Of a DNA stretch of 64,000 nucleotides, positions 36,701-48,000 are shown one piece after another. The translations under genes were made by a program, and so were the position numbers. Below the pieces are notes generated by a model, which had not been told where the DNA came from, did no database searches, and saw only the letters and a list, made by a program, of their open reading frames with translations. Position 1 is the first letter of the stretch; each line of letters opens with the position of its first letter. Source of the stretch: Antedon mediterranea (Eukaryota > Animalia > Echinodermata); NCBI RefSeq assembly GCF_964355755.1, contig NC_092679.1:5734201-5798200 (forward strand). The letters are read 5' to 3'.

Positions 36701-38196
36701 ATTAAACAAAAATGCCTTATACAAAACATGTACACGATATAATAACATTTTATTTTTAGTGAAAATAGAAATCACCAGAACATTCAGCAACAATATTTTG
36801 ATTTTAAATTTTTTTTTAAATAGATTCTTTCTTTGCTTTCAATGATGGAATTGTCATAGTTTTTTTTTGTAATTATGGTATGACCACGGCCAGCCATTTT
36901 AAATGGTGTTCTACCCCATATGTGTAAACCGTCAAACAATATATGCCACATCAATATTTTGATGTTTGGTGTCTGAATGAAATGATTCAACGTCTGTATG
37001 TCTGTACGTTAAATGTCTGTAGAGTTTCTAAAAGTAACTTTGCAGAGAAGAAGAGCTACTCAAGTGTCGTGGAATAACAAACTGAGGTTTACGGTTACTA
37101 GAATCAAATAGTTTAATCTACTTTAGTTTAGTATTCGTTTTTGATTGATGAGTAACAGATGTTTGATCTTCAGGGCTTGTTTATGAACTTTGATTTGAAA
37201 TTTCATCTCTTGAAACAATCCTCATCTCAAAAACATTCATCTCAAAGAAGCCCACTGGGCCTCTTTTCGAGGTTTTACAGTATATACTGTCATAATCGTT
37301 TAACATGATGTCATTTTCTCCTCCTGTTGTCAGGGTTACAACCATAGTCCTGTATATGTGTTCCGCACTTAGTCAAATATTATTTCCTATAAATATTTCT
37401 AAACATTTATTGATTTCCCTTAAAGATGTATTGTCCCCAAAAAAACATGAAAAATGAAGATTAATTAAATCAGACTTTGAATAGGTTATTTTGCACTTTT
37501 AATAAAGTTAATCACATCCGTAGAAAAAAAACTGAAAAAAAAGTAATGTTTTCACTTATAAAATAACATAATAAATGGTTAAATTCATCCAAAAATACAT
37601 TGGCTGGCAGCCAATTTGACAATTTTTTGCTTAAAATTACATTTTTTAAGGTAAATACATTTTTTTTAGATCTAATTTTATCCAAAAGTGCATAACTATT
37701 ATGTGACACTAAAATGGCATATTCAACAAAAAAAAAGTTAAAAATTATTTTTCAGGGGGGACATCTTTAAGTCATAATTTCAGTCAAATCATAGTACTAC
37801 ACAGTGTATACTGTGTATGTTAGTAAAATGATTGTCTCAAACCTTTCTGTAAGCACTGGGTCTTATACAAAGCCCAAGGTTAGAGTTACAATTATGAAAG
37901 TATCATTTAATATTATTATTGCCTACTTATCTTTACCAATTTGTAATTAATTAATACCCTAATTTGTAAAATTTTACTTAATATTATTGGTAATCAGTAA
38001 ACAATTTTTTAGTTATTGTGATCGTTGTTGTTGTTTTTTTTTATTTACTGTACATTTATTTGCGATTTTTAACTAATATAACAATGTTATATAAAAAATA
38101 ATAGATCTAAAAGTATATGACACTATCTTCCTCAGGTCTCTGCTTTCGTTACCAGGAATGGTTGAAATGGACGACGTTAGCACCGTTCAAGATTAG
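9709..38196 (+). CDS. Two-pore-channel-like (2x6TM) cation channel with EF-hand linker and C-terminal SH3 domain, ~1386 aa, 32 coding exons
   Basis: Exons, all GT-AG and phase-consistent with no stops, summing to 4161 nt: 9709-10485, 11671-11816, 12506-12604, 14426-14554, 17008-17080, 17189-17299, 18358-18497, 18973-19039, 19228-19349, 19713-19863, 20180-20317, 23574-23677, 24042-24132, 25557-25766, 25928-26007, 26149-26259, 26847-26910, 27265-27341, 27669-27792, 28079-28132, 28723-28791, 29692-29796, 30294-30497, 31249-31428, 31810-32010, 32292-32336, 32573-32601, 33148-33229, 33836-33908, 34230-34280, 35743-35935, 38136-38196. TPC hallmarks: LAAAHIEDALSGR, HLILTFLEPP, PFRCLR, MFVLLSTENYPEIMIPAY, LLAIIVDSY, YFYAIIGFEAF, FQIVTTSNWHEIM, VMNLFVAIAIEAF. 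Small tail exons could be alternatively spliced. Confidence 0.88.
11085..11640. repeat. AT-rich intronic minisatellite (TTTTTACATTTCTAATA-based, ~52-bp higher-order unit)
   Basis: Repeated TTTTTACATTTCTAATATTTTTACATTTTCACATTCTAAGATTTCCTACA blocks run up to the exon-2 acceptor. Confidence 0.85.
13082..13742. mobile_element. Kolobok-like non-autonomous element (TTAA target duplication)
   Basis: TTAA|AGACGTATTGTCC ... GACAATATATCT|TTAA. Related copies at 37424-37766 and 62448-63042 share internal sequence. Confidence 0.7.
14599..14980. mobile_element. MITE with ~75-bp TIRs
   Basis: ATAGAGTATCACGATGCTGACGTCATAA...CAACCAAAAATGCGTTCA at the left pairs with TGAACGCATTTTTTGGTTG...TTATGACGTCACACCGTGATACTCTAT at the right. 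Confidence 0.8.
15976..16958. repeat. 100-bp tandem repeat (~8 copies) followed by a 53-bp deletion-derivative array (3+ copies)
   Basis: ATTAAGAGAAACCGTTCACA recurs exactly every 100 bp from 16081 to 16681. From 16781 the unit is CATGATCAATGGTGAATGTGAACCTACAAGAGTGGCTGATCATGATCAGTAAG. Confidence 0.95.
18055..18327 (+). mobile_element. 5S rRNA-derived SINE (SINE3-like) or 5S pseudogene with unrelated tail
   Basis: TACGGCCATACTGCGTTGAAACACCGGTTCTTGTCAGATCACCGAAATTAAGCAACGTTGGGCCCGGTTGGATTCTGGATAAGAGAC...GGGTGCTGTA follows the 5S rRNA consensus with many substitutions and no oligo-T terminator. A ~150-bp body follows and ends in AGAAGAAGA. Confidence 0.75.
18665..18825. mobile_element. Harbinger-type MITE family A copy (TIR AGCTCTGTCTACACTATCAAAC)
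   Basis: ~140-160 bp, TAA/TTA flanks, internal CCCATATATGG/ATATGGTAGTGAT motifs. At least 12 copies occur in the window. Confidence 0.8.
20450..20760 (+). mobile_element. tRNA-derived SINE with CORE-like segment and L2-type 3' tail
   Basis: B-box GGTTCGAATCC, CORE-like TCCTTAGGCAAGGCACTTTAC, CCACCCAGGTGTATTAAATGGGTACC, and a tail GTAAAGCGCCTTTGAGCA...AAAGCGCTATATAAAT followed by (TAT)n. Confidence 0.8.
20761..23503 (+). mobile_element. Outer non-autonomous Helentron/HINE-like element
   Basis: 5' palindromic subTIR TAGTTATCCGCTTAGTAGCGGATAACT. At the 3' end, AGCGGATAACTA is followed by hairpin AACTCGTCAAAGTGACGAGTT and terminal CTAG|TT. Confidence 0.75.
20816..21989 (+). mobile_element. Inner related Helentron/HINE-like element nested in the outer one
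   Basis: Has its own 5' GGTTATCCGCAACTTAGTAGCAGGATAACC, 3' CGGATAACC, the same hairpin AACTCGTCAAAGTGACGAGTT and CTAG|TT. Its body is a diverged homologue of 22000-23500. Confidence 0.75.
24275..24836. repeat. 78-bp tandem repeat, ~7 copies
   Basis: Unit TTGGTTTGTGTTACTG(G/T)ATGTA(G/C)TATGATGGCCATTGAAAGACTGATTTGTGGACTATGATATATTTTAGTAACTTGT. It produces the spurious 26-aa periodic ORF. Confidence 0.95.
25243..25393. mobile_element. MITE family A copy
   Basis: Right TIR TAGTGTAGACAGAGCT|TAA and internal CATATCACTACCATATTT repeats. Confidence 0.7.
27004..27165. mobile_element. MITE family A copy (a further partial copy at 27370-27491)
   Basis: CTCTGTCTACACTATAAAACT ... AGTTTAATAGTGTAGAC. Confidence 0.75.
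28267..28410. mobile_element. MITE family A copy
   Basis: AGTTCTGTCTACACAATCAAACT ... GTGTAGATAGAGCTT. Confidence 0.75.
30535..30960 (-). mobile_element. CR1-clade LINE 3' fragment (end of ORF2 plus tail)
   Basis: Minus-strand peptide QQRRDHGDMIETFKIINGFDDLD...LRGHSKTL...RQFF matches the RRxRGD[LM]IE[TV][FY]KI...RGHxxKL...FF C-terminus of CR1 ORF2. It is followed by a hairpin GAGGCAATATGAGTACTTGCCTC and short tandem tail units. Confidence 0.8.
33340..33600 (+). mobile_element. L2-clade LINE 3' fragment
   Basis: Translates as FSIAGPRLWNHLP..IKQ...TFK, the typical L2/CR1 ORF2 end. The tail GAGCGCCATGAGCA...GGCGCTATATAAATTG precedes (GATT)n. Confidence 0.7.
34948..35645 (-). mobile_element. 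Full-length tRNA-derived Deu/Nin-domain SINE interrupted by a MITE
   Basis: Reverse complement of the copies at 49240 and 62652. It keeps the 5' head GGCTGAGTGAGTGGCTGAGACAGTGGAACC and is split at TAA by the element at 35037-35432. Confidence 0.8.
35037..35432. mobile_element. PIF/Harbinger-type MITE with long TIRs and TAA target duplication
   Basis: TAA|AGGCCCATTTACACTAGGGCGATAACGATCGACGATAAA ... TTTATCGTCGATCGTTATCGCCCTAGTGTAAATGGGCCT|TAA. Almost the whole element is an imperfect palindrome. Confidence 0.9.
37424..37766. mobile_element. Kolobok-like non-autonomous element
   Basis: TTAA|AGATGTATTGTCCCC ... GGGGGACATCT|TTAA. Homologous to 62448-63042 and, inverted, to part of 13082-13742. 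Confidence 0.75.
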
Positions 38197-38446
38197 CCGG
38201 ATTAGGAAGCCGGACGTATCAAAATGTCACACCACTGGTTAGTGCAATCCACTAAACCACTGGTCATTTTAAGTGGCCATTAACAAATATAAATGACCAA
38301 TTCAAAATGACACATGTCATCAAACTCGGTTATAATATTATTACGTCATTACTATAAAATGGTACTTTGTTGTGATGAATGTAATGAACATCTGACCCAA
38401 AGCCAATCTGAGGACCCTACGTTATGTGTATGAAACTAATTACCCA

Positions 38447-38792
38447 GGGTACATCACTGACCACTATATGGGTGTGTCTCTAACCACCATATGTGGGTAC
38501 ATCACTGGCCACTATATGGGTGTGTCTCTAACCACCATATGTGGGTACATCACTGACCACTATATGGGTGTGTCTCTAACCACCATATGTGGGTATATCA
38601 CTGGCCACCATATGTGGGTACATCACTGACCACCATATGTGGGTACATCACTGGCCACCATATGTGGGTACATCACTGACCACCATATGTGGGTACATCA
38701 CTGACCACCATATGTGGGTACATCACTGACCACTCTGTGTGGGTACATCACTGACCACCATATATGGGTACATCACTGACCAACATATGTGA
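38447..38792. repeat. 25-bp/48-bp minisatellite in the predicted 3' UTR of the channel gene
   Basis: GGGTACATCACTGACCACCATATGT units; the first three are extended by GGGTGTGTCTCTAACCACCATATGT. Confidence 0.9.
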
Positions 38793-39611
38793 GTGGTGTA
38801 GCTGCACTGTAATATAAACACAATATTATTCTCTCCAATCGTATGGTTCTTTCCAATTAAGTATTCTATATACAGACCATGATCTTTCATCAGTTATAAA
38901 TTCCATGATTATTACAGCAATATATTATATCCACCACCTTGATTTTAAAATGAGCACACATGCAACAATTATGTCCTCCAACCAATGTATAAATTATGTA
39001 ATATATGATTTAATAAATATGTAATTGTATGATTTGTATAAAGCCCATTTTTTATAATTATGATTTACCAGTTACTGTGTTGATGTCTGTTGATTTATAA
39101 TTCGGTCGGTGCAGGAGGAATTCTGGGTTTAACTAACCCAATTTTTCTAAATTAAAACTATTTAGCATGATTGAAAATGACAAAACTGGGTGAAATATAC
39201 CCATTTCCACCCAGTTTACCCTAGTTTTATAATTACCTGTTTCCTTTAAAATTGAAAAAAATTCATCTCTTTCCAACAATGTTATTTGAAACCAAATTTC
39301 CGTTTATTTATGGTGAAGGACAAAATTACGTTGAACTTACCCAACGTTTCATACGTTATCCTCACACTTTTTCAAGGTAGTAAGATGTCAGTTTGGTTTG
39401 CCGACACTGATCATGGCATAGTCACGTGATGTTTCCTTTAATTTCCTAAATGTTATATGTATTCGATTATCCTCAAATAAGAGGTAATTGTCTTACACCC
39501 ATATTTCACCCGGGATAGGTTGTGGATGTTGGGTGTTAAAGAGATGTGGACACCAGATTTATCAAGGACGGGTTGTGAATGATGCGTCCACAGCCATGCA
39601 CTAAACTCTTA

Positions 39612-39837
39612 AGCTTGGTTTCTACTAGGACGCAACGCAAGGACGTTAACGCAACGTAAGCGTGTTGATCAATGACAAGCGACAGCCGAATTTATTCATC
39701 GCTTGTGATTGGTCAAATCCCTTGCGTTGAGTTACGTTGTTGTTTTGTGTCTCTAGTGGAAACCAAGCATAATTGGTCAACTCGCTTGCGTTGCGTCTAC
39801 GTTCTTGCGTTGCGTCTCTAGTGTGGGAACCAAGCTT
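39612..39837. mobile_element. Harbinger-type MITE family B
   Basis: AGCTTGGTTTCTACTAG GACGCAACGCAAG ... CTTGCGTTGCGTC TCTAGT..GGAACCAAGCT. Related copies at ~42655-42808 and 49794-49972. Confidence 0.75.
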
Positions 39838-40937
39838 TGATGGGGTAGGCCTATTTAGGTAGGTTTGCTCTGGATATAATAATGTGAATGCAAGGTTGAA
39901 TATGGTTGTCGTGACATCGGCTTTTACTCATTTGGTTGTAAACGTCGCGTTTTACTTGGAGACACCGGGTTTAATCTGGGGTTGAGGACATACGCCAGTC
40001 ATGAACATTAGTTTATGCTTTACCCGCCTTTGCATTAACATTATCATATGCGTAGGCCTACATAGACTCTATTGTTACTTTTAATCCGTACCGGAATGTG
40101 CAGCATGTTCAGTACTTTACTACTTAGTGTAAAATTAAAAACAGAGTAGACATTCTCACTGGAATTATGGAATGCATTAGAACGTAATGCAAATCTGTCG
40201 CAGTATAATAAATAAGGTCGTTTGTTCGCGCGAAAAAAAAAACATATTGCTCGAATTCCGGTAATAATTTTAGTAGGAATAAACGAAAATGTATTTCACT
40301 TTATAGACTCCATATGCAAAGCCGTAATTCGGTCATTTAGATTGTAATCACACTGCTCCGATAGGTAACAATTATTGAATTCAACGAATATTATAAATAT
40401 AGAATTGCCCTAGCATTTGCTGACATAGCCCGAGTTCACAGGCCTTGATTTTCGTTTTCTTTGCGATATCACACATCATAAGGTATGATCCTTTAATACT
40501 TTAATCTAACCGTTGCTGCACTAAGGTACTTTTAAACCTGTTTTCACAGGGGAAAATCGTTAGTTGATGCCCTTTCACGCTCTGGTTACTGGCTATTAGC
40601 GCATTTAGATTTTACTTATTATCTATCAGATAGATAGACGAGAAAAGTCTAGCGGGCTTGTTGATGAGTTGATGGGATGCCAATAAAGTACAAAATTGAT
40701 CCCGTGGAGAAAAGAAACCGATTTTAATTTAATGAACAACGGCACGTGAACTGTCCCGCTTATACTGATCATTGATACCACCTAAAAAACCTAACCCAAC
40801 CGCAGAAATTAGGCCGTCTCAATTCTCACTCGTCATTTGCGCTGCGGTGTTCGCCGTGATCGTATCGAAAACAGTCAACACTTTAAACCTGTGCAGAGAG
40901 ACTTACCATCACACGAATTTGACATATTTTGCTCAAG

Positions 40938-41342
40938 ATGGTTGTTAATTTTGCTGGAAAGTACAAACTGTCGAAGAGTGAAAATTTCGATGAGTACATG
41001 AAAGCGATGGGTGTCGGTTTGGCGATGAGGAAAATGGCCGGACTGATGTCTCCGTCGTGTGAGGTGACTCAGGACGGGGACGACTTTGAGATCAAGATGA
41101 ACGTACCAATGGTAAATACACATGTCCAAAAGTTTAAAATAGGCGAACCGTTCCAAGATCTTGCACCGACAGGTGAGAAAATTATGGTTATTGTGAGCTG
41201 GGATGGCGATAAGCTTATATTTGATGATGTTGATAAAACGGATCCGCCACATCAGATTATCCGTGAATTAGACGGTGAGGATATGGTGGTGAAATGCATC
41301 AAAGGAGAAGCTGTATGTCGTCGGGTATTCAAACGCACCTGA
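40938..41342 (+). CDS. FABP: Fatty-acid-binding protein (intracellular lipid-binding protein family), 134 aa, no coding introns
   Basis: MVVNFAGKYKLSKSENFDEYMKAMGVG is the cytosolic FABP signature (GxW/YxLxxSENFDEYMKALGV). FKIGEPF and C-terminal IIRELDGEDM...CRRVFKR also fit. Good start context (AAGATGG). Confidence 0.95.
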   Translation: MVVNFAGKYKLSKSENFDEYMKAMGVGLAMRKMAGLMSPSCEVTQDGDDFEIKMNVPMVNTHVQKFKIGEPFQDLAPTGEKIMVIVSWDGDKLIFDDVDKTDPPHQIIRELDGEDMVVKCIKGEAVCRRVFKRT

Positions 41343-43333
41343 GAGAAAAACCCCGCGTAAAACAGAAACACCTTATTGCTTGTATGTATGGACCAAACTT
41401 TTATTTACAATTTTGTGGACCTTGTTATTTAAAGCCGAAACAAGCATATTGTATGAACACCGTTAATGTGGTTGAATCCTGACATATTACTGATTGTTAG
41501 GCCTATACATTTTCGCTAAAACGTAACAACTGACAATATGTTTGGAAGAATATGTTTGAAGACGGACACTTTTTTTCGAAAGGCACCCACGTTCAATATA
41601 TTTAATCCCTGATGTACCCGATATCATAATTTGATTTAGTATAAAGGATTAGTTGTAATCCCGCAGATTAGCAATAGCTGTAATCCCGCAGATTAGCAAT
41701 AGCTGTAGGTCTTCATGTAACGCCTTTTTTTAGCGATTGCAATCTCTCTATTTTCGTTTTTTTACTGTATGCATGATTCATACGCATTGGCCAGTTATAC
41801 GTTGTTCTTTGCTGTTATGTTTTTTTTTTTAATATAAAAGCGGCCTATATTCACAAGATACGTTAAATATGTTTTCCGCAGCTGAGGGCTTTTTGAAGGA
41901 GAACCTAATCCGTAACCTAAAATTCCAATGACGCTTTAAATTACATGGTTTTAAAAACGGATTTGTTATCACATCAAATTAAGTTCGAACCACCACTCCG
42001 GGCGTCTAACAGATTTAACAAGCAACTGCTGGTGTGTGGAATTGGGTTAACTGAAAGTGGTATTGGGGTTAACTAGACAGCGGCGACCTTCATGAGTTAA
42101 ATACATTTTTAAAACGTTTGTCGAAAACCAACCGTGAGAAGCACTTAAGTACAATGAGTAATTAGTGAGAACTAACTAACTAAAGTGGGACACATGCAGC
42201 AGAATTAAAGGACTCTAAGGATGTCATTGTTGTTACAGTAAATAATATTTTATTTAAATTATATAAAAGTATCATAATTTATGCCAGTCATGTGATTATA
42301 GTTTTGCTATACTTCATAGGCTTGCTTATTTTACTTAATAATTCCAATTCGTTCATCTGCATTAGATAGTCATTATTAATATAAATACCCAGTGGTTATA
42401 TTTTGTTTAAGAATAGTTACAGAAAAGGAATTAAATAATATTATTTGAGGATTATGTGTTCATCATCAAGTTCTAAAGTGTTTATCCTAGGATCAGTATT
42501 ATTAGATCACTAAATACGTCCTAGTACTTCTCCCATTGTTGCAGTGACGTCATTGCCAACAAATACAAACCACTAAACCCGGTACCAAGTATGAAAGACA
42601 AATATTTATGCGTAGACTAACGTATGTAGGGCTAATACCTGTAGTTTTAAGAAATGCTTGGTTCCATTACCATTTCCACTACAGACGCAACGCGATGACG
42701 TAAGGGATTTGACCAATCACACGCGATGGATTATTCGAAGTCCCCTGTAATTGGTCAACTCGATTGTCCTGTGTCTACGTAATTACGTTGCGTCTATTGG
42801 GATCCAATCTATATATATTTTGTTATAGCGTTGAAGTTTTGGACTTTATGATAGACCTGATATATAATAGGCTTCATCATGTGAAAGATTGCCAGATTGT
42901 CAAAATAAGTACCAACTCTGCTGCCCGGGCATATTAAGCACCGGAGAGGGATAGGCCTATGTGAAGTAAATATCTCATCTCATCTCATCTTTCTGCATGT
43001 ATATATGTTTATGTATTTCATACAAAATGTTTGAACAGGATGGAATTTTAACGTGGTGTGCATTAACATTCTTGCTAACTTTTATCTTTTAAAAATAATC
43101 CAGAATAAGTTTTGACGTGACAATAGTCAAATCTCCATGAACGATATAAAAGATGTCTACGAGAGCCGCTTGTACTAATTTCATTCATTTCTAATCTACC
43201 GGGGCAGTATTGTTGTCTGGTACATTCGTACAATTGTTAATCGTCATAAATGATTAGTTAGTGGCTTTACCCCGCTTTGCTGTAGTAAGAACGTGTAGGC
43301 CTATCCTTTTGATTGGTTGAAAGTTAATTCGTA

Positions 43334-43474
43334 AGCTCTGTCTACACTACCAAACTAGTTTGACAAAAAATTGTGCCCAAATATGGTAGTAGTATGCTTA
43401 AATATGGTAGTGATATGTCCATATGGGTACATCACATTTTTTATCACATAAAGTTTGATAGTGTAGACAAAGCT
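43334..43474. mobile_element. MITE family A copy
   Basis: AGCTCTGTCTACACTACCAAACT ... AGTTTGATAGTGTAGACAAAGCT. Confidence 0.8.
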
Positions 43475-45023
43475 TTAGAGATGTTGATTCATTTGACCTG
43501 CCCTAAAACTTCGATACTTTTATGCGTTATTCATCTTTCTTTATTTAGGCCTATATAGTGTATTGTAAAAACATGAACACACTCGTTATAAACACATTGC
43601 CTTTCGTCCTTTTTACATTTCTATTTAATTACATTCCAGTTTACTGGTTCGCCAATAATATTTTTTTTTTGAATATTTGAAATTTTTAACATATAATTCA
43701 GGATGACTGTATGTAACTTTACTAGCAATTAATTACATTTTTGTGTGATAAATTTTGATTTATATATAGCATACGGTTGCTACTTTATGTGGGCTATACG
43801 CCAGACAGTGGGGTTCGTTCTAAAATTACCACAGTGAATTTAATTAACCGATTAACCTATTTAAACAAGGTCACCCTTGACGTACAACAACAAATTGTGG
43901 ATTCCACAACGGTTGTAAAGTTGTCACATAACCCATGGGGTGTGTAAACTGAGAAATTGGAACGCAGACTTTTTGATCATACCAACAAATCGTTTCTAAA
44001 AGTACGTTTAGTAATAAATATAGCGCATGCGCGAATCAGTGAACACTTAAAAAAAATTTTACACAAGTCAGCATTGTATTTTCTTTTCACGATGATATTA
44101 TATGAGTATTATAGTCGATATAATTTTGTTTGAGAATAGAACTTTGTTCAATTAGAATGCTAGATAATACAAGTGTGTATTTCCTGATACGATGATGGAA
44201 TTTGTGTAAGTGAAACTTTCGGTTTAAAAAACACATCTCTCTATACTAATCCAATAAAACGTCAGTAAGGTCCAAATACCCGATAGAACCGGCCTACTAC
44301 AATCTGGCATCCCGTGAATTCACAAATATTTCTTTAGTTATCAACTTTTGATTTTAATTGTTGATCTAACGGTAGGCTACATGTTTTATTATCCATGGTT
44401 TTTTACCAGTTGTTGGAGACGAGACAGATTAATGGTTCGATTATGTAAAATGTGAATACTACATTTTTGTCTGGTCTTGTGGGAATTTAAAGGAAACAAT
44501 TCAGACGCCGGATTTCCAAATGTTCATCTTCGGTGTTTGTTTTATCTTTAGACTGCTTTTTTTTTTAAATAATTGTAGGCATATCTATATTGTTTGTATA
44601 TTTTGCTTCAAGAGTTCCGTCGTTTTACAAACATATCCTAGTTATAGCAAATGATCTTTTGTGATGAAACAATGGTTAGTAAAAACCTTTGCTTTTCTCT
44701 GGTATCATCCATCTGCTGCTGTCATTAGATAGAGTCTGACTGACAATCGCAAGTCATCTAGAGTCTGGCTGTATGAAATATTTTACTACTTTATCTACTG
44801 ACCGCTGCGGAAATTATGTTTTGTGCTTTCTAGTCTGCCATGTCGTAATTGAATAGTAACTAATTGTGAAAATATTTTACACGACTGTAGAGTGTCTATA
44901 ACAGCATATGATGCACGTTACCTAGATGTTCCTAATTCCCCTCAGGTAGCTCTCCCTGAACACAACAAAGAAACAACAAATCAACCACAATAGGCCTACT
45001 GTAACAGTAATCATTTAATCCAC

Positions 45024-48000
45024 TTAAAGATATAATTTTCCTATAAAATGATCTTGAAAGGATCCTAGAAATAAGCCCTTTTCTGTATCAAGCACCTCGC
45101 TACATGTGTGAAACATTTCACCATCCGGGTCATGAAGCGTACGGATGACGTCACCGTTCAGATCAAGTTCAAGAACTAACGAATATTTGGGTAATGCCTT
45201 CAGGATGTTCACTGGATGAAAGACCTAAAGAGATAATATTACAAGAAACCGTTTATGAATAATGACTTATTTCATTCTAAAGCAAAATTGTAAATTTTCA
45301 ACCGTAACTACTCTGTAGATCGAAAAAAAAAGGCGGAAAAGTAAAGTCATTGATAAAATATTATGTCTTTACATTGGCGATTCCAACCCACCAATGAATT
45401 TTAAAAAATGTGGTGAACTCAGAATTGACACCTTGAAAATGAAGCGCGTGCATACAAAAGCCGCATCAGTTTAAACGCGTATCAAAGCCTGTGTCCTTTT
45501 TTAGTGTCACTGAAAATTAGCCTCCTACCTTCAGAATCAGCGTTCGTAGCCAAGGTTTATCCGTTACGAAGTCGTAGAGTGAAAAATCGTGTTTTCGAAG
45601 AGCACTAGTGGCAATCCAGTAGGTGTTGTTATTACGCGACAATCTGATATTGTCTGGGAAACTAGGCAGATTTTCGTAGAAAACTTCCACTTTACCGGAA
45701 TTTGGCCCTTTTAGCATTAGTCTGTAATTAAGAAGAAATGTAAAATTATATATTTCGAGTTTATGCCTTAAGCTCTGTCTAGACTATCAAACTTTATGTG
45801 ACAAAAAAATGTCATCACTTTTTTTCACAAAGTTTAATAGTGTATGAGACAGAGCTTTATTATTACTCCTGTTTCGTCATGTAAAAAAGCGCATAGTGGT
45901 TTCAATAAATGAAAAAAAGACAACGACAAAATAGATTAAACTGAACCATGCTATCATCTCAACGCATGCCCACAAAGCTACCGTACCACGTGGCTGACTA
46001 CAGTGACTTTTGACCAATCAGATCACTGAGTGAGAGTCAGACGATGTTTTACGCCAAATTTGACATCGCGAGCGAGTACCGCTGAAAAACTGAAGTCAAA
46101 TAAGTAAGTAATTACTCTACTTAATATTCATTTTGAGAAGGGCTTATCTATATAAAATAAAATTTATCTTTAGAACAACATATTTAGTAACAGAGGCATA
46201 ATATGGGGTTAGTTAATTTAATATCTCCAGACAGACATACACCTAAGCTAGGCCTAATCATTCGCTAAGCATCTTTTCAACGCGCATGCTTGGCCCGAAT
46301 CAGCTTCTTAAACGTTCTCTAGCCTAGGCCGAGCCGTGTAATTTTCATGTGCTGAGGCATAATAAGATTGTCTCATGGTAACGACACGTTCCGATCCCTC
46401 AAACATTATCCTCTAGCCTAATTTCTTATGTTGACGAGAATATGTTTTAAGTTCTCAACCTTCTTATGTCACATCCATGAGGGGCGGCCTAAGTATTACG
46501 GCATGGTAGGAGGGTCCAATGGCGGACGCGTAGTGATATGTAAATGAACTTGTAAGCAGGCTGATGGAGTAAGACTTAAGAGATATTGTTCAAGAAGGTC
46601 ATGTTTAAAAGGATACGTTGCATTATAATATTAGTACACCTGTATAGATGCATACCTTAGTAGCGATTTTTACAAGGTGTGGCCGCCTTATCTGTCGTCA
46701 CGTGCAGCTCTACACAAGAATTTCCGTCAGGTAGGCTAGGTCATGTTAACTTGAAAACCAAGATTTGAAATGGATATGAATTTAAATCAATTTAAGTATC
46801 GGGTTATCTCTGTTTGACTTGACAAATTAGCTGGGCTAAGCAGCATTATTGAATATTTACAAGTTGTTTACTTGAAGGGTATTTACTATTTTACAAGGAT
46901 CGTTGTTATGGGGCGCCATATGCAGCAAATTACACTTTTTCTTCGGATTTTGCGCCCCATCTTTTAAAGGGTATTTTGAAATGTATATTAAACAAGGCCA
47001 TATACATGGCTGCAGTCGTGTGTTTAAGTTAGTATTTACCGACCGACTGATTAAGTGAGCTGTAGAGTAAAAACAATACCATACCGGTACTTACTTCATA
47101 ATACGGGCGAATTGACCTTCTGAGTAGAGCAAGTAGTCCTCCTCGGGAGAGAGTTGTACTCCATTTGCCCAGCCAATGTCTTCAAGTAATGTTACTGTCT
47201 TATTTGTTTTTAGATCATGCTTAATAATTCTGTATAATTTTGAATACCCAAATTAAATTAACCAAATTCACTTATTTTGTTAAGAAGATAGAATAATAGA
47301 ATGGTCTCATTGTTTGAAATAAATATGTTATGGAACTGCTGTGTTTATGGAAGACCACTATTACTAGGCATTCATGGCTCGAAACTCTATATTTAAAACA
47401 AATAATTATATTATTATTTAATGCATATTACTAGGCCTATTTAGGCCTAAGGCTCGAAACTGTTAAAAAATTATCATTATAATGAAGGTATTCATTATAA
47501 CAGTATGTTATTTATGTTGTATAAAACATATATAAATAGTTACCGTCCACTTTTGTCGGCACGCAGAGGAAGGTACCAAAAATCACGACGTTCCAAGTTC
47601 GAGCTCGTATCACTAATATAAACCACGCCTTCTTTAGTGATGTCAAAATCATTGACAAATTTCATTGGTTGCCTAAACGATTGATCGTCCGAGCGTAATA
47701 AATGTATCATCTTACCTTTATATACAGAAAAAAAGTTATTTGGCTGAGGTGTATATGGATAAGTATCAATATTCAATAGATGAAGGCGTAATAGAAAATA
47801 TTTGTTTGTATTGGTTTTCATCAGCTATAACATTATATAGCTCCATGGATGAAATTATAAATAGTGTTAATCGGAATGTTAATAGAAAATTATCGTTATT
47901 AAGTTACATTCGTGTTTAAATAATGGAAAATCATTATACAGAATTGAACAGGGCCGTCTTCCGTTCCATGGAAACGGAACAAGTGATGGAGCTTTATCAT

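Noticed and set aside
41654-41708. 25-bp direct duplication downstream of FABP as a retro-insertion target-site duplication
   Set aside because: The two copies are adjacent rather than flanking the gene, so this is a simple local duplication.
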